From Rhodoferax sp. (GTDB lineage: Bacteria; Pseudomonadota; Gammaproteobacteria; Burkholderiales; Burkholderiaceae_C), in the NCBI RefSeq assembly GCF_039922535.1, contig NZ_JBDTEM010000147.1:523-64522 (forward strand): a stretch of DNA of 64,000 nt. The letters are read 5' to 3'. Shown piece after piece: positions 47,389-57,416 of this stretch. The notes under the pieces are model-generated. The model was given only the letters and a program-made list of their open reading frames with translations. It was not told the DNA's origin and did no database searches. Each line of letters opens with the position of its first letter. Position 1 is the stretch's first letter. The position numbers were made by a program, and so were the translations under genes.

Positions 47389-48636
47389 TCAAACTTTAGA
47401 AGCCAGGCCATTCAACAAGTCCGCAAATGCCTGCGAACGGCCTTGGCGCGACGCGTTTTTAACCGCCGCGGGGTCGGGCAGGCGCACGGCCTGGGCCCGC
47501 ACGGCGGCCACAAACTGCGGCAGCAGTTCGGCAATTTCGTCCACCGAGTCGATGCGCGCCATGGCCTCCAGCCCGGCACCGCGCAGCACACCCGCGGTGT
47601 CGCCCACCGGGTCGGTCAGCCCGAGTACAGGGCGGCCGGCACGCAGATATTCGTAAATCTTGGCGGGAATCTGGGCGTTGCAGTTGCTGGCCTGCATGAC
47701 CAGCAAGGCATCGACCGACAGCATTTCGGCCAAGGCCTCGCGGTAGGGCACAGCGGGGCTAAGCTCGATGAAATCTTGCACGCCGTACTGGCTGGCCAGC
47801 TGGGTCAGCATGTCATCATGGGCCGAGGCACGGAAGCGAATTTGCAGTTGCCGGGCCGTCAAACCACCGCTGGCCTTGAGGCGCTGCAGGGCCTGGAACA
47901 GCTGGGTCGGGTCGCGCTCCGACGGGTAGACGATGCCGCTGTGCAGCAGCACCACGGGCTGGTCGTCCGTCAACACCCGCACAGGGGCATGAGGCGCGTT
48001 GGCAAAGCTTTCTTCGTCATAGCCGTTTTCCAGCACGGTGATGCGGCTGGCGGCCTGGGGGTAGCGCTCGCGGTACATCTGCGCCGCACCGGGGGTGGTG
48101 AAAACGCTGCGGCTGGCCTGCTCGACCGCTTCCTGCTCAATGCGCTGGTAGCTGCGCCAGGTGATGGGGTCGGCGGGGTAGCCGTCTTGCGCCATCGGGT
48201 CGCGGAAGTCGGCAATCCAGGGCAGGCCGGTCTTCTGGTGCAACTGCTGGGCAATCACGTGGGCGGTGGCAATCGGGTAGGTAGACCAGATCGCGTCGGG
48301 CTTGAATTCTTTGATGAGCTGCAGGCCCTGGCGCACCGCGTCAAAGCGCCAGCTGATCCAGCGGTCGGGCCGGGCCATCCAGCCCATGTAGCGGCCCTGG
48401 ATGTTCAGGTGCCGCGCGGTGTCGAGGGCGAAGGCGCGGCGCACCACCGTGCCGTCGGGCACGTCGCGCATCAAATCCGGGCTGGTCCGCTCGTAGGCGC
48501 GCGGGTCGGCGGTCAGCACCACCGGCTTCCAGCCCAGGGCGGGCAGGTGCTGCACGAAGCGCAGCGTGCGCTGGATGCCGCTGCTACCCGCCAAAGGCGG
48601 AAAATGGTATGCAATCATCAAGACGGTTTTCATCAT
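47389..48636 (-). CDS. GT-B glycosyltransferase (GT4-like)
   Basis: VLMIAYHFPP, ADFRDPM, LENGYD and IPAKIYEYLRAGRPVL. Confidence 0.88.
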   Translation of the reverse strand: MMKTVLMIAYHFPPLAGSSGIQRTLRFVQHLPALGWKPVVLTADPRAYERTSPDLMRDVPDGTVVRRAFALDTARHLNIQGRYMGWMARPDRWISWRFDAVRQGLQLIKEFKPDAIWSTYPIATAHVIAQQLHQKTGLPWIADFRDPMAQDGYPADPITWRSYQRIEQEAVEQASRSVFTTPGAAQMYRERYPQAASRITVLENGYDEESFANAPHAPVRVLTDDQPVVLLHSGIVYPSERDPTQLFQALQRLKASGGLTARQLQIRFRASAHDDMLTQLASQYGVQDFIELSPAVPYREALAEMLSVDALLVMQASNCNAQIPAKIYEYLRAGRPVLGLTDPVGDTAGVLRGAGLEAMARIDSVDEIAELLPQFVAAVRAQAVRLPDPAAVKNASRQGRSQAFADLLNGLASKV

Positions 48637-48674
48637 ATGGATGATAAAGGACGGCTCTGACAAAATGCCCAGCC

Positions 48675-49820
48675 ATGCCCATCTCCCGCCGTCCTCTCCT
48701 TGCCCTGCCCTGGCTACTCGGTCTATGGTGCCTGCCCACGCACGCGGCAGTGGCGGGCAACACCTTGCAAGTCGGCCCCACGCGGACTATCAAAACAATA
48801 GCTGCCGCCGCACGATTGGCGGGCGCTGACACCACAATTGAAGTAGATGCGGGCGATTACGTGGGCGACGTGGCGGTGTGGACCCAACCCAACCTGAACC
48901 TGCGTGCCGTGGGCGGCCGGGTCCGCCTGCGGGCCAACGGCATGGCGGCCGAGGACAAAGGCATATGGGTGGTGCGCAGCCCCAAGCTCACGGTGGAAGG
49001 CTTTGACTTTGAAGGTGCGCAGGTGCCGGGCCGCAACGGTGCGGGCATCCGCTTTGAATCCGGCTGGCTGGTGGTGCGCAATTGCAGCTTCACGCACAAC
49101 GAAATGGGCCTGCTCACCAGCAACGACAACACCGCCGTGCTGGAGGTCGAAAACAGCGAATTCGCCTACAACATGCGCCCCGACGGGCACAACCACAACC
49201 TCTACATCGGCCAGATTGCCCGCGCCACGGTGACCGGCAGCTACCTGCACCACGCCCGCACCGGCCACCTGCTGAAAAGCCGCGCCGCCATCAGCCACAT
49301 CCTGTACAACCGCCTGACCGACGACGGCGGCAGCGCCAGCTACGAGCTGGAGTTTCCCAACGGCGGCGTGGCCGTGGTGGTGGGCAACATCATCCAGCAA
49401 GGCCCGCTGACCGAAAACCCGGTGCTCATTGCCTTCGGGGCCGAGGGCTACACCTGGCCCTTCAACCAGCTCAGCCTGGCCTACAACACCCTGGTGGACG
49501 ACCTGCCCAGCGGCGGCAGCTGGCTGAAGGTCAAACCCGGTGCCGATGCCGTGCTGGCCGTCAACAACCTGCTGGTCGGCACAGCACCGCTACAGGCCAT
49601 CCCATCGGGCGACTTCCGCAATAACTTCAACACCGACCGCAGCAGCCTCGCCCCCGGCGGCAGCTACCGGCTGCGCGCAGGCTCGCCGCTGCTGGGCAAA
49701 GCCATCGCACTGGACCCCAACCTGCAAGCCCAGCGTGAATATAGTCACACGGCCAAGAGCATTGCGCTCAACATTGCCCCGCATAATCCCGGAGCGATGC
49801 AGCGCCCGCTGGCGCGCTAG
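48675..49820 (+). CDS. Secreted right-handed beta-helix (pectin lyase-like) protein
   Basis: RR-containing signal, GRNGAGIRF, HNLYIG, GHLLKSRA and Asn/Gly ladder repeats. Confidence 0.8.
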   Translation: MPISRRPLLALPWLLGLWCLPTHAAVAGNTLQVGPTRTIKTIAAAARLAGADTTIEVDAGDYVGDVAVWTQPNLNLRAVGGRVRLRANGMAAEDKGIWVVRSPKLTVEGFDFEGAQVPGRNGAGIRFESGWLVVRNCSFTHNEMGLLTSNDNTAVLEVENSEFAYNMRPDGHNHNLYIGQIARATVTGSYLHHARTGHLLKSRAAISHILYNRLTDDGGSASYELEFPNGGVAVVVGNIIQQGPLTENPVLIAFGAEGYTWPFNQLSLAYNTLVDDLPSGGSWLKVKPGADAVLAVNNLLVGTAPLQAIPSGDFRNNFNTDRSSLAPGGSYRLRAGSPLLGKAIALDPNLQAQREYSHTAKSIALNIAPHNPGAMQRPLAR

Positions 49821-49850
49821 CCTCGATATTTTTGCCTTTTACGCCCTAAT

Positions 49851-51539
49851 ATGTCCTCAAACACCCCCTCCCTGGCATCCCTGGTACTGGGCAGCCCCCG
49901 CTTTAGCGATGCCCGTCTGGCGGCGCTGGCCAGCACCGACGGCCCGTTGGCCGCCTGGCAAGCCGCCTGCGCGGCCGATGCCAGCAGCGCCGCACTGCAG
50001 GCCACGGGCGACTTTGCGGTGGGGCTGCAAGAGCCCTCGGGCCGCACCTTTCTGGCGGTGGACCGCTTTGCCATCCGCAGCCTGTGCTACCGGGTGGTGG
50101 ACGGGCAGATCCGCTTCGCAGGCCGTGCCGATGAATTGGCCGACGGTGCCGACATCGACCCGCAGGCCATCTTCGACTACCTGTACTTCCACGCCATCCC
50201 CTCGCCACGCACCATCTTCAAAGGTGTTTTTCGCCTGCCGCCGGGGCACTACGCGCTGTTTGAGCACGGCCAACTCACCGTAGCACCCTACTGGGTGCCC
50301 ACCTTCATCGAGCCGCGCAGCGCGTCGTTCAGCAGCCTGCGCGAAGAGTTCCGGGGCCTGGTGCGCAACGCCGTCAACACCCAGCTCGACGGCGGCAAGG
50401 CCGCCTGCTTTTTGAGCGGCGGTACCGACAGCTCCACCGTGGCCGGCATGCTCAGCGAAATCGGCGGCAAGCAGGGGCCAAAGGCCGCCACCTACTCCAT
50501 CGGCTTCGATGCCGAGGGCTACGACGAAATGGAATACGCCCGGCTGGCCTCGCGCCACTTTGGCACCGAGCACCACGAGTACTACGTCACCCCCGACGAC
50601 CTGGTGCGCAGCATTGCCGACGTGGCCCGCTCGTACGACCAGCCCTTCGGCAACTCCTCCGCCCTGCCCTCGTACTACTGCGCGCTCAAAGCCAAAGACG
50701 ACGGTGTGACCAAAATCCTGGCCGGAGATGGCGGCGACGAGCTCTTTGGCGGCAACAGCCGCTACGCCAAGCAGCGCGTGTTTGGCTGGTACGACAGGGT
50801 GCCCAGCGGCATCCGCAGCGGCCTGATGGAGCCGATGCTGGCCAAAACGGCTGAAAGCAGCATCTCGCTGCTCAGCAAAGCCTCCAGCTACGTCGAGCAA
50901 GCCAAAGTCCCCCTGCCCGACCGCCTGCAGATGTACAACCTGCTGCTGCGCCTGGGTGTGAACGATGTGCTGACCCCGGCCTTCCTCAGCCAGGTCAACA
51001 TCCAAGGCCCGGCCGAGCAGCAGCGCGGCATCTGGAGCTTGCCCACCACCGGCAGCCAGCTCAACCGCATGCTGGCCTTCGACTGGCGCTACACCCTGGC
51101 CGAAAGCGACCTGCCCAAGGTCTGCGGCACCACCCGGCTGGCGGGCCTGGGCGTGGGCTTTCCGATGCTGAACGAGGCACTGTTGGACTTCTCGCTCAAG
51201 CTGCCGCTGGAATACAAGCTCAAGGGCCTGAAGCTGCGCTGGTTCTTCAAGGAAGCCCTGCGCGGCTTCCTGCCGGACGAGATTTTGACCAAGAAGAAAC
51301 AAGGCTTCGGCCTGCCCTTCGGCGTCTGGGCCACCCGCCACGACGGCCTCAGAGCCGTCGCCACCGACTCCCTGAACAGCCTGGCCACCCGCAACATCGT
51401 GCGCCCCGAATTCATCCGCAGCCTGCTCACCGAGCGGCTGCAGGAGCACCCTGGCTACTTTGGCGAAATGGTGTGGATTCTGATGATGTTGGAGCAGTGG
51501 CTGCAGGCGCACGCGCCTGGGTACAAGATGCCCGCCTAA
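49851..51539 (+). CDS. Asparagine synthetase-like amide ligase with degenerate glutaminase domain
   Basis: LSGGTDSS PP-loop, YDQPFGNSS, GDGGDELFGG and KKQGFGLP; no N-terminal Cys. Confidence 0.85.
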   Translation: MSSNTPSLASLVLGSPRFSDARLAALASTDGPLAAWQAACAADASSAALQATGDFAVGLQEPSGRTFLAVDRFAIRSLCYRVVDGQIRFAGRADELADGADIDPQAIFDYLYFHAIPSPRTIFKGVFRLPPGHYALFEHGQLTVAPYWVPTFIEPRSASFSSLREEFRGLVRNAVNTQLDGGKAACFLSGGTDSSTVAGMLSEIGGKQGPKAATYSIGFDAEGYDEMEYARLASRHFGTEHHEYYVTPDDLVRSIADVARSYDQPFGNSSALPSYYCALKAKDDGVTKILAGDGGDELFGGNSRYAKQRVFGWYDRVPSGIRSGLMEPMLAKTAESSISLLSKASSYVEQAKVPLPDRLQMYNLLLRLGVNDVLTPAFLSQVNIQGPAEQQRGIWSLPTTGSQLNRMLAFDWRYTLAESDLPKVCGTTRLAGLGVGFPMLNEALLDFSLKLPLEYKLKGLKLRWFFKEALRGFLPDEILTKKKQGFGLPFGVWATRHDGLRAVATDSLNSLATRNIVRPEFIRSLLTERLQEHPGYFGEMVWILMMLEQWLQAHAPGYKMPA

Positions 51540-51567
51540 GGCACACTCTCTTTTTTGACGTCAAAAT

Positions 51568-51610
51568 AAATAGCGGCTGGCGCAGGTAGTACCTGCGCCA
51601 GCCGCTATTT
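51568..51610. repeat. Perfect 21-bp inverted repeat (repeat-family derived; likely bidirectional terminator)
   Basis: AAATAGCGGCTGGCGCAGGTA-G-TACCTGCGCCAGCCGCTATTT between the convergent asnB-like gene and hisD. Confidence 0.9.
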
Positions 51611-51629
51611 TTATGCCTGAAAAATGGGC

Positions 51630-52952
51630 TTAAATCGGGTCTAAACGCATTTCCGCCGCCCGCGCATGGGCCTGCAGGCCTTCGCCATAGGCCAGCTCGG
51701 CGGCGATGCGGCCCAGGGGCTGGGCACCGGCCTGGCTGACTTCGATGAGGCTGCTGCGCTTTTGGAAGTCGTAGACCCCCAGCGGGCTGGAAAAGCGGGC
51801 CGTGCCGCTGGTCGGCAGCACGTGGTTGGGTCCGGCGCAGTAGTCGCCCAGGCTTTCGCTGGTGTAGGCACCCAAAAAGATGGCTCCGGCATGTTTGAGC
51901 AGCGGTTCCCAACGGTGCGGGTCGGTGCTGCTGACTTCCAAATGCTCGGGGGCGATGCGGTTGCTGATCTCGCAGGCCTCTTCCATGCTGCGGGTGTGGA
52001 TCAGCGCGCCACGGCCGGTGAGCGACTTGGCGATGATCTCGGCGCGGGGCATCTCGTTCAGCAGGCGGTCGATGCTGGCCTGCACCTGGGCTATGTACGC
52101 CGCATCCGGGCACAGCAAGATGCTTTGCGCCAGCTCGTCGTGTTCGGCTTGGCTGAACAGGTCCATCGCCACCCAATCGGGCGGGGTTGTGCCGTCGGCC
52201 AGCACCAGGATTTCGCTGGGGCCGGCAATCATGTCGATGCCCACGGTGCCGAAAACGCGGCGCTTGGCCGCTGCCACGTAGGCGTTGCCGGGGCCGGTGA
52301 TCTTGTGGACGTTGGGGATAGTGGCCGTGCCATAGGCCAGCGCGGCCACGGCCTGCGCGCCGCCGATGGTGTAGGCGCGGGTGACACCGGCCACATAGGC
52401 CGCAGCCAGCACCAGCGCGTTCTTTTCGCCACGGGGCGTAGGCACCACCATGATGATCTCGCCGACACCGGCCACGTGCGCGGGGATGGCGTTCATCAGC
52501 ACGCTGCTGGGGTAGGCGGCCTTGCCACCGGGCACGTAGATGCCCACGCGGTCCAGCGGCGTGACCTTTTGGCCTAAAAGCGTGCCGTCGGCATCGCGGT
52601 AGCTCCAGCTCTCGCCCGAGGCCTTTTTCTGCGCCTCGTGGTAGGTGCGGACTCGGGCGGCTGCGGCCTGAAGAGCTTCGCGCTGGGCTGCGGGAATGGT
52701 GTCGAAGGCGGCTTTGAGCTCGGCCTGGGTCAGTTCCAGTTCGGCCAGGGTGCTGGCTTGCAAACCGTCAAAGCGATTCGTGTACTCCAGCACCGCCGCG
52801 TCGCCGCGCTGCTGCACGTCGGCGAGGATGTCGGCAACGACCTTTTCAATCGCCGTGTCCGCCTCGGCAGACCAGTGCAGGCGGGCTTTGAATTCAGCCT
52901 CAAAAGTGCTGCTAGCACTGGATAGACGTGCGGGAGTAGCTACGAAATTCAT
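51630..52952 (-). CDS. hisD: Histidinol dehydrogenase
   Basis: [34 protein letters not shown] and [11 protein letters not shown]. Confidence 0.98.
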   Translation of the reverse strand: MNFVATPARLSSASSTFEAEFKARLHWSAEADTAIEKVVADILADVQQRGDAAVLEYTNRFDGLQASTLAELELTQAELKAAFDTIPAAQREALQAAAARVRTYHEAQKKASGESWSYRDADGTLLGQKVTPLDRVGIYVPGGKAAYPSSVLMNAIPAHVAGVGEIIMVVPTPRGEKNALVLAAAYVAGVTRAYTIGGAQAVAALAYGTATIPNVHKITGPGNAYVAAAKRRVFGTVGIDMIAGPSEILVLADGTTPPDWVAMDLFSQAEHDELAQSILLCPDAAYIAQVQASIDRLLNEMPRAEIIAKSLTGRGALIHTRSMEEACEISNRIAPEHLEVSSTDPHRWEPLLKHAGAIFLGAYTSESLGDYCAGPNHVLPTSGTARFSSPLGVYDFQKRSSLIEVSQAGAQPLGRIAAELAYGEGLQAHARAAEMRLDPI

Positions 52953-52955
52953 AGT
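52902..52955 (-). repeat. Repeat-like segment overlapping the hisD start
   Basis: ACTATGAATTTCGTAGC (box B) followed by 27/42 ungapped identity to the reverse complement of the 39310 copy; AT-ending codons. Confidence 0.5.
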
Positions 52956-52957
52956 AT

Positions 52958-53608
52958 TCAGGCGTTAGATCGTTCGGCCACCGCTGCGGCGAAGGCATCG
53001 ATCATGGCGCGGATGGGGGCCTGCTTGAGCTTGAGCGCGGCTTGGTTGACGACCAGACGCGAGCTGATGTCCATGATGCGTTCCACCTCTTTCAGGTGGT
53101 TAGCCCGCAGCGTGTTGCCGGTGGACACCAGATCAACGATGGCATCGGCCAGCCCGGTCAGCGGGGCCAGTTCCATGCTGCCGTAGAGCTTGATCATGTC
53201 CACGTGCACGCCCTTGGTGGCAAAAAATTCGCGCGCAATTGCTACATATTTGGTCGCTACCCGCAGGCGCGAACCCTGCTTGACGGCACGTTCGTAGTCA
53301 AAGTCGTTGCGCACCGCCACGCTGATGCGGCATTTGGCGATTTGCAGGTCCAGCGGCTGGTACAGACCCTGGCCGCCGTGTTCGATCAGCGTGTCTTTGC
53401 CGGTAATGCCCAGATCGGCACCACCGTTTTCCACATAGGTGGGCACGTCGGAGGCGCGCACGATCAGCACGCGCACGCCGGGTTGGTTGGTGTCCAGAAT
53501 CAGCTTGCGGGATTTTTCGGGGTCGTCCAGCACCTCGATACCGGCGGCGCGCAACAGCGGCAGCGTGTCGTCAAAGATGCGGCCTTTGGACAGGGCTAAG
53601 GTGATCAT
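52958..53608 (-). CDS. hisG: ATP phosphoribosyltransferase, short form
   Basis: [30 protein letters not shown] and [12 protein letters not shown]. Confidence 0.97.
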   Translation of the reverse strand: MITLALSKGRIFDDTLPLLRAAGIEVLDDPEKSRKLILDTNQPGVRVLIVRASDVPTYVENGGADLGITGKDTLIEHGGQGLYQPLDLQIAKCRISVAVRNDFDYERAVKQGSRLRVATKYVAIAREFFATKGVHVDMIKLYGSMELAPLTGLADAIVDLVSTGNTLRANHLKEVERIMDISSRLVVNQAALKLKQAPIRAMIDAFAAAVAERSNA

Positions 53609-54885
53609 GCTTTCACTCGCTCAATGTCTGCACCGATGCCGCGCAGCTTGGCTTCCATTTGGTCGTAGCCCCGGTCCAGGTGGTAGATGCGGTCCACCAC
53701 GGTTTCGCCCTCGGCCACAAGGCCGGCGATCACTAGGCTGGCGGAGGCGCGCAGGTCGGTGGCCATGACGGTCGCGCCCGAGAGCTTGGCAATGCCTTCG
53801 ATGACGGCCACTTTGCCGTCGATCTGGATGTGCGCGCCCAGGCGCACCAACTCGTTGACGTGCATGAAGCGATTTTCAAAAATCGTCTCGGTGACCTTGC
53901 TGGGGCCCTGGGCCACACAATTCAGGACCATGAACTGGGCTTGCATATCGGTGGGGAAACCGGGGTATTCGGTGGTGCGAAAGCTCTGTGCCTTGAGGTG
54001 CGTGTGGGCCGGGCCAGCCGACTGCACGCGGATGCCGTCGGCCTCGGGGGTCACGGTGACACCGGCGGTGCGCAGCTTGTCGATCACCGCGTCCAGATGG
54101 TCGGCGCGGCCTTGCTGCAGCAGCACGTCGCCACCGGTGGCGGCCACGGCGCACAGAAAAGTGCCGGTCTCGATGCGGTCGGCGACGACCTGGTGGGTGC
54201 AGCCGTGCAGCTTGTCTACGCCCTGGATGCGGATGCGGTGGGTGCCGTGGCCTTCGATCTTGGCGCCCATCTTGATCAGCATTTCGGCCAAATCGCTGAT
54301 TTCCGGCTCTTGCGCGGCGTTTTCCAGAATGGTTTCGCCTTCGGCCAGGGTGGCGGCCATGAGGAAGTTCTCGGTGCCGGTCACGGTGACCATGTCGGTG
54401 GTGATGTGGCAGCCCTTGAGGCGGGTGCGGCCCGCAGGCAGCTTGGCGATCATGTAGCCGTGCTCGACCACGATCTCGGCCCCCATGGCCTGCATGCCCA
54501 GAATGTGCTGGTCCACCGGGCGCGAGCCAATCGCGCAGCCGCCGGGCAGGGACACGGTGGCCTCGCCAAAGCGGGCCAGCAGCGGGCCCAGCGCCAGCAC
54601 CGAGGCGCGCATGGTTTTGACCAGCTCGTACGGGGCTTCGGGCGACGACAGGTCGCTGGCGTTGAGGGTTACGGAGCCCTCCTCGCTGCGCTCAGCCGTG
54701 ACACCCATGTTGCGGATCAGCGTGAGCATGGTGGACACGTCTTGCAGGCGTGGCACGTTGGTGAGGGTGACCGGCTCTGCCGTCAACAAAGCGGCGCAAA
54801 GTTCGGGCAAGGCGGCGTTTTTGGCACCGGAGATGCGCACCGAACCATGCAGGCTGCGGCCACCGCGGATGAGGAGTTTGTCCAT
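53605..54885 (-). CDS. murA: UDP-N-acetylglucosamine 1-carboxyvinyltransferase
   Basis: [33 protein letters not shown] and DLRASASL. Confidence 0.98.
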   Translation of the reverse strand: MDKLLIRGGRSLHGSVRISGAKNAALPELCAALLTAEPVTLTNVPRLQDVSTMLTLIRNMGVTAERSEEGSVTLNASDLSSPEAPYELVKTMRASVLALGPLLARFGEATVSLPGGCAIGSRPVDQHILGMQAMGAEIVVEHGYMIAKLPAGRTRLKGCHITTDMVTVTGTENFLMAATLAEGETILENAAQEPEISDLAEMLIKMGAKIEGHGTHRIRIQGVDKLHGCTHQVVADRIETGTFLCAVAATGGDVLLQQGRADHLDAVIDKLRTAGVTVTPEADGIRVQSAGPAHTHLKAQSFRTTEYPGFPTDMQAQFMVLNCVAQGPSKVTETIFENRFMHVNELVRLGAHIQIDGKVAVIEGIAKLSGATVMATDLRASASLVIAGLVAEGETVVDRIYHLDRGYDQMEAKLRGIGADIERVKA

Positions 54886-54905
54886 GGAAATCGTTCTAAA
54901 AAACT

Positions 54906-55148
54906 TTATTGGGGCAAGGCTGCCCATTCAGCGGGGGTGTAGGTCTTCATCGACAGCGCATGCACCTCGTCGGTGTGCATCTTGGCACCCAGCGTGGCGT
55001 AGACCCGCTGGTGGCGCTGGATGGCACGCCGGCCTTCGAATTCAGCCGAGACGATGGTGGCGTACCAGTGGCGGCCATCGCCTTCCAGGGCGATGTGCTC
55101 ACAGGGCAGGTGCGCCTGGATGATGGTTTGGAGTTCTTCAGCAGTCAT
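54906..55148 (-). CDS. BolA/IbaG family protein
   Basis: GDGRHW, FEG...QRHQRVY and VHALSMKT. Confidence 0.93.
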   Translation of the reverse strand: MTAEELQTIIQAHLPCEHIALEGDGRHWYATIVSAEFEGRRAIQRHQRVYATLGAKMHTDEVHALSMKTYTPAEWAALPQ

Positions 55149-55155
55149 TTTTTTG

Positions 55156-55911
55156 TTATCCGCGGATTTTGTAGCCGATGCGCAAGAGGTTCACCGTGAT
55201 GGCGCTCACCACCACCAGGGCCGAGCCGACGATGCCCAGGCTGAGCCAGGGCGACACGTCGCTCACGCCAAAGAAGCCGTAGCGGAAGCCGTCGATCATG
55301 TAGAAAAACGGGTTCAGGTGGCTCACGGTTTGCCAGAAAGGCGGCAGGGAATGGATGGAATAGAACACGCCGCTCAAAAAGGTCATGGGCATGATCACGA
55401 AGTTCAGGAACGCCGCCATCTGGTCAAATTTTTCAGCCCACAGCCCGGCAACAATACCCAGCGTGCCCAGCAAAGCCGCACCCAGCACCGCAAACACGAT
55501 GATCCACACGGGAGCCACAAAGCTGGCACCGGTGAAGATGGCCGTAACGGCAAACACGCCCGCGCCTACCAGCAGGCCACGCGCCACCGCCGAGCCCACG
55601 TAGGCCCAGAACCAGTCCCAGTGCGACAGGGGAGAGAGCAGCACAAACACCAGGCTGCCCATGATCTTGCTTTGGATCAGCGACGACGAGCTGTTGGCAA
55701 AGGCGTTTTGCAGCACGCTCATCATCACCAAGCCGGGCACTAAAAAGGCGGTGTAGTTGACCGTGCCGTAGACCAGGGCCTTGCCTTCGAGCACGTGGCC
55801 GAAGATCAACAGGTACAGCACGGCGGTCAGCACCGGCGCGCCCACAGTCTGGAAGCCGACCTTCCAGAAGCGCAACGATTCTTTGTATAAAAGGGTTTGC
55901 CAGCCGGTCAT
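55156..55911 (-). CDS. ABC-2 type permease (YadH-like)
   Basis: KESLRFWK, AFLVPGL, NAFANSSSS and NPFFYMIDGFRYG. Confidence 0.93.
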   Translation of the reverse strand: MTGWQTLLYKESLRFWKVGFQTVGAPVLTAVLYLLIFGHVLEGKALVYGTVNYTAFLVPGLVMMSVLQNAFANSSSSLIQSKIMGSLVFVLLSPLSHWDWFWAYVGSAVARGLLVGAGVFAVTAIFTGASFVAPVWIIVFAVLGAALLGTLGIVAGLWAEKFDQMAAFLNFVIMPMTFLSGVFYSIHSLPPFWQTVSHLNPFFYMIDGFRYGFFGVSDVSPWLSLGIVGSALVVVSAITVNLLRIGYKIRG

Positions 55912-56846
55912 GCTTGTGCCTCAGTGGCGGTGTAGCCGTTGGTCATCACATCTAAAAATACGTCTTCGAGGTCGGCCTTGCGGATCTCCACGTCTTCGGC
56001 AGTCAAACCGGCTTCGCGCACGGCCGCCAGATAGCGTTCGATCTCGGCAGCGTTGTGTGCGGGGAACTGCACGATGCGGCCTGTAATGCGGGCCTGCTGC
56101 GCCAGAGCACTAGGTAGTTCGCTATCCACTTTGAAGCGCAGCACATTGCTGGAGGCATTTTTCAACAACTCGCTGGTGCGGTCCAGCGCGACGATGCGGC
56201 CTTTTTTCAGCATGGCGATGCGCGAGCACAGAGCCTCAGCCTCTTCCAGGTAATGGGTAGTGAGCAGCACCGTGTGGCCTTGCTTGTTGAGTTTGGCGAT
56301 GAACTGCCACAGGGTCTGGCGCAGTTCCACGTCCACCCCGGCGGTGGGCTCGTCCAGCACAATGACCGGCGGCTTGTGCACCAAGGCCTGGGCCACCAGC
56401 ACGCGGCGCTTCATGCCGCCGGAGAGCTGGCGCATGTTGGCGTTGGCTTTGTCGGCCAGGCCCAGGCTTTCCAGCAGCTCGTCGATCCAGGCATCGTTGT
56501 TCTTCACGCCAAAGTAGCCGGACTGGATGCGCAACGCCTCGCGGACGTTGAAAAACGGGTCGAACACCAGCTCTTGCGGCACCACGCCGAGCTGGCGGCG
56601 GGCCAGGGCGTAGTCCTTGGCCACGTCGTGTCCGTGCACCATCACCTTGCCACCGGTGGCGCGGTTCAAGCCCGCCAGAATACTGATCAGCGTGGTTTTA
56701 CCCGCGCCATTGGGGCCAAGCAGGCCAAAAAACTCCCCCTGCGCGATGTCGAAGCTGACGCTGTCGAGGGCAGTGAGAGAGGGTTTTTGGGAGCCGCGGG
56801 GGCTGGGGTAGGTCTTGGAGACCTTCTGGAAGGATATGGCGGGCAT
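55908..56846 (-). CDS. ABC ATP-binding protein (YadG-like)
   Basis: GPNGAGKTT, LSGGMKRR, LDEPTAGVD and TTHYLEEAE. Confidence 0.95.
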   Translation of the reverse strand: MPAISFQKVSKTYPSPRGSQKPSLTALDSVSFDIAQGEFFGLLGPNGAGKTTLISILAGLNRATGGKVMVHGHDVAKDYALARRQLGVVPQELVFDPFFNVREALRIQSGYFGVKNNDAWIDELLESLGLADKANANMRQLSGGMKRRVLVAQALVHKPPVIVLDEPTAGVDVELRQTLWQFIAKLNKQGHTVLLTTHYLEEAEALCSRIAMLKKGRIVALDRTSELLKNASSNVLRFKVDSELPSALAQQARITGRIVQFPAHNAAEIERYLAAVREAGLTAEDVEIRKADLEDVFLDVMTNGYTATEAQA

Positions 56847-56894
56847 GGGGCAGTGATTTTAACGGTTGGCCCCGGCACCACCCCCGCAAGGGAT

Positions 56895-57065
56895 TTAGGC
56901 CCGGATCCGGTCCAAAGCCCGCTGCAGATGCTGCACCGTACGCGCCACCTTGTGCAGTTTCTCCAAGCCAAACATGCCTATACGAAAGCTTTGGAACGCT
57001 GTCCCTTTGTCGCACTGCAGTGGCACCCTGGCGGCGGTTTGCAGGCCCTGGCCGATGAACTTGTG
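56895..57065 (-). pseudogene. Remnant C-terminus of a class V (serine/alanine-glyoxylate) aminotransferase
   Basis: KFIGQGLQTAARVPLQCDKGTAFQSFRIGMFGLEKLHKVARTVQHLQRALDRI resembles the GLQxAAGVPLxCDE..FRIGLFGLDKL C-terminus that I recall for this family. Confidence 0.62.
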
Positions 57066-57145
57066 GGCGACTGGATACCAAACCAGCTGGATTTGCCAGC
57101 CGCTCGGTGGACATTGATTACTTGTGAGGGCCCTTGCCCGCGCCA

Positions 57146-57415
57146 TCAGGCGGCGGGCAAAAGCTCGGCCACGCCGTACAAACCCGCCAAGGCGGCCAGC
57201 CGCTGGGGCAAGCCACGCACCGCAAACGAACGGCCCAGGCTGGCGCTCTCACGGCGGCATGCCAGCAAAACGGCCAGGGCCGACGAATCAAACCGGGACA
57301 GCGCAGTCGCGTCCACTACCACCGCCGTGCCGGTCTGAGAGCGCAAGCCCTGCACCAGCGTGCGCAGCGAGGCGGTGGCCTGGGCGTGGGTCAGCTCGGC
57401 GGGCAGAACAAGCAT
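57146..57415 (-). CDS. mlaB: STAS-domain protein MlaB
   Basis: DATALSRFDSSALAVLL; position in the mla operon. Confidence 0.85.
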   Translation of the reverse strand: MLVLPAELTHAQATASLRTLVQGLRSQTGTAVVVDATALSRFDSSALAVLLACRRESASLGRSFAVRGLPQRLAALAGLYGVAELLPAA

Positions 57416-57416
57416 G

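Noticed and set aside
49851-51539. Lasso-peptide cyclase/RiPP locus (Cys-less AsnB homolog)
   Set aside because: No precursor peptide, transglutaminase-like B protein or RRE nearby; the neighbours are polysaccharide-type genes.
56112-56161. Additional full repeat copy inside yadG (also a half-site in algR near 40700)
   Set aside because: Box A and box B-like pieces are present in yadG, but the spacing is 12 nt too short. The algR site has only box B. Both could be chance.
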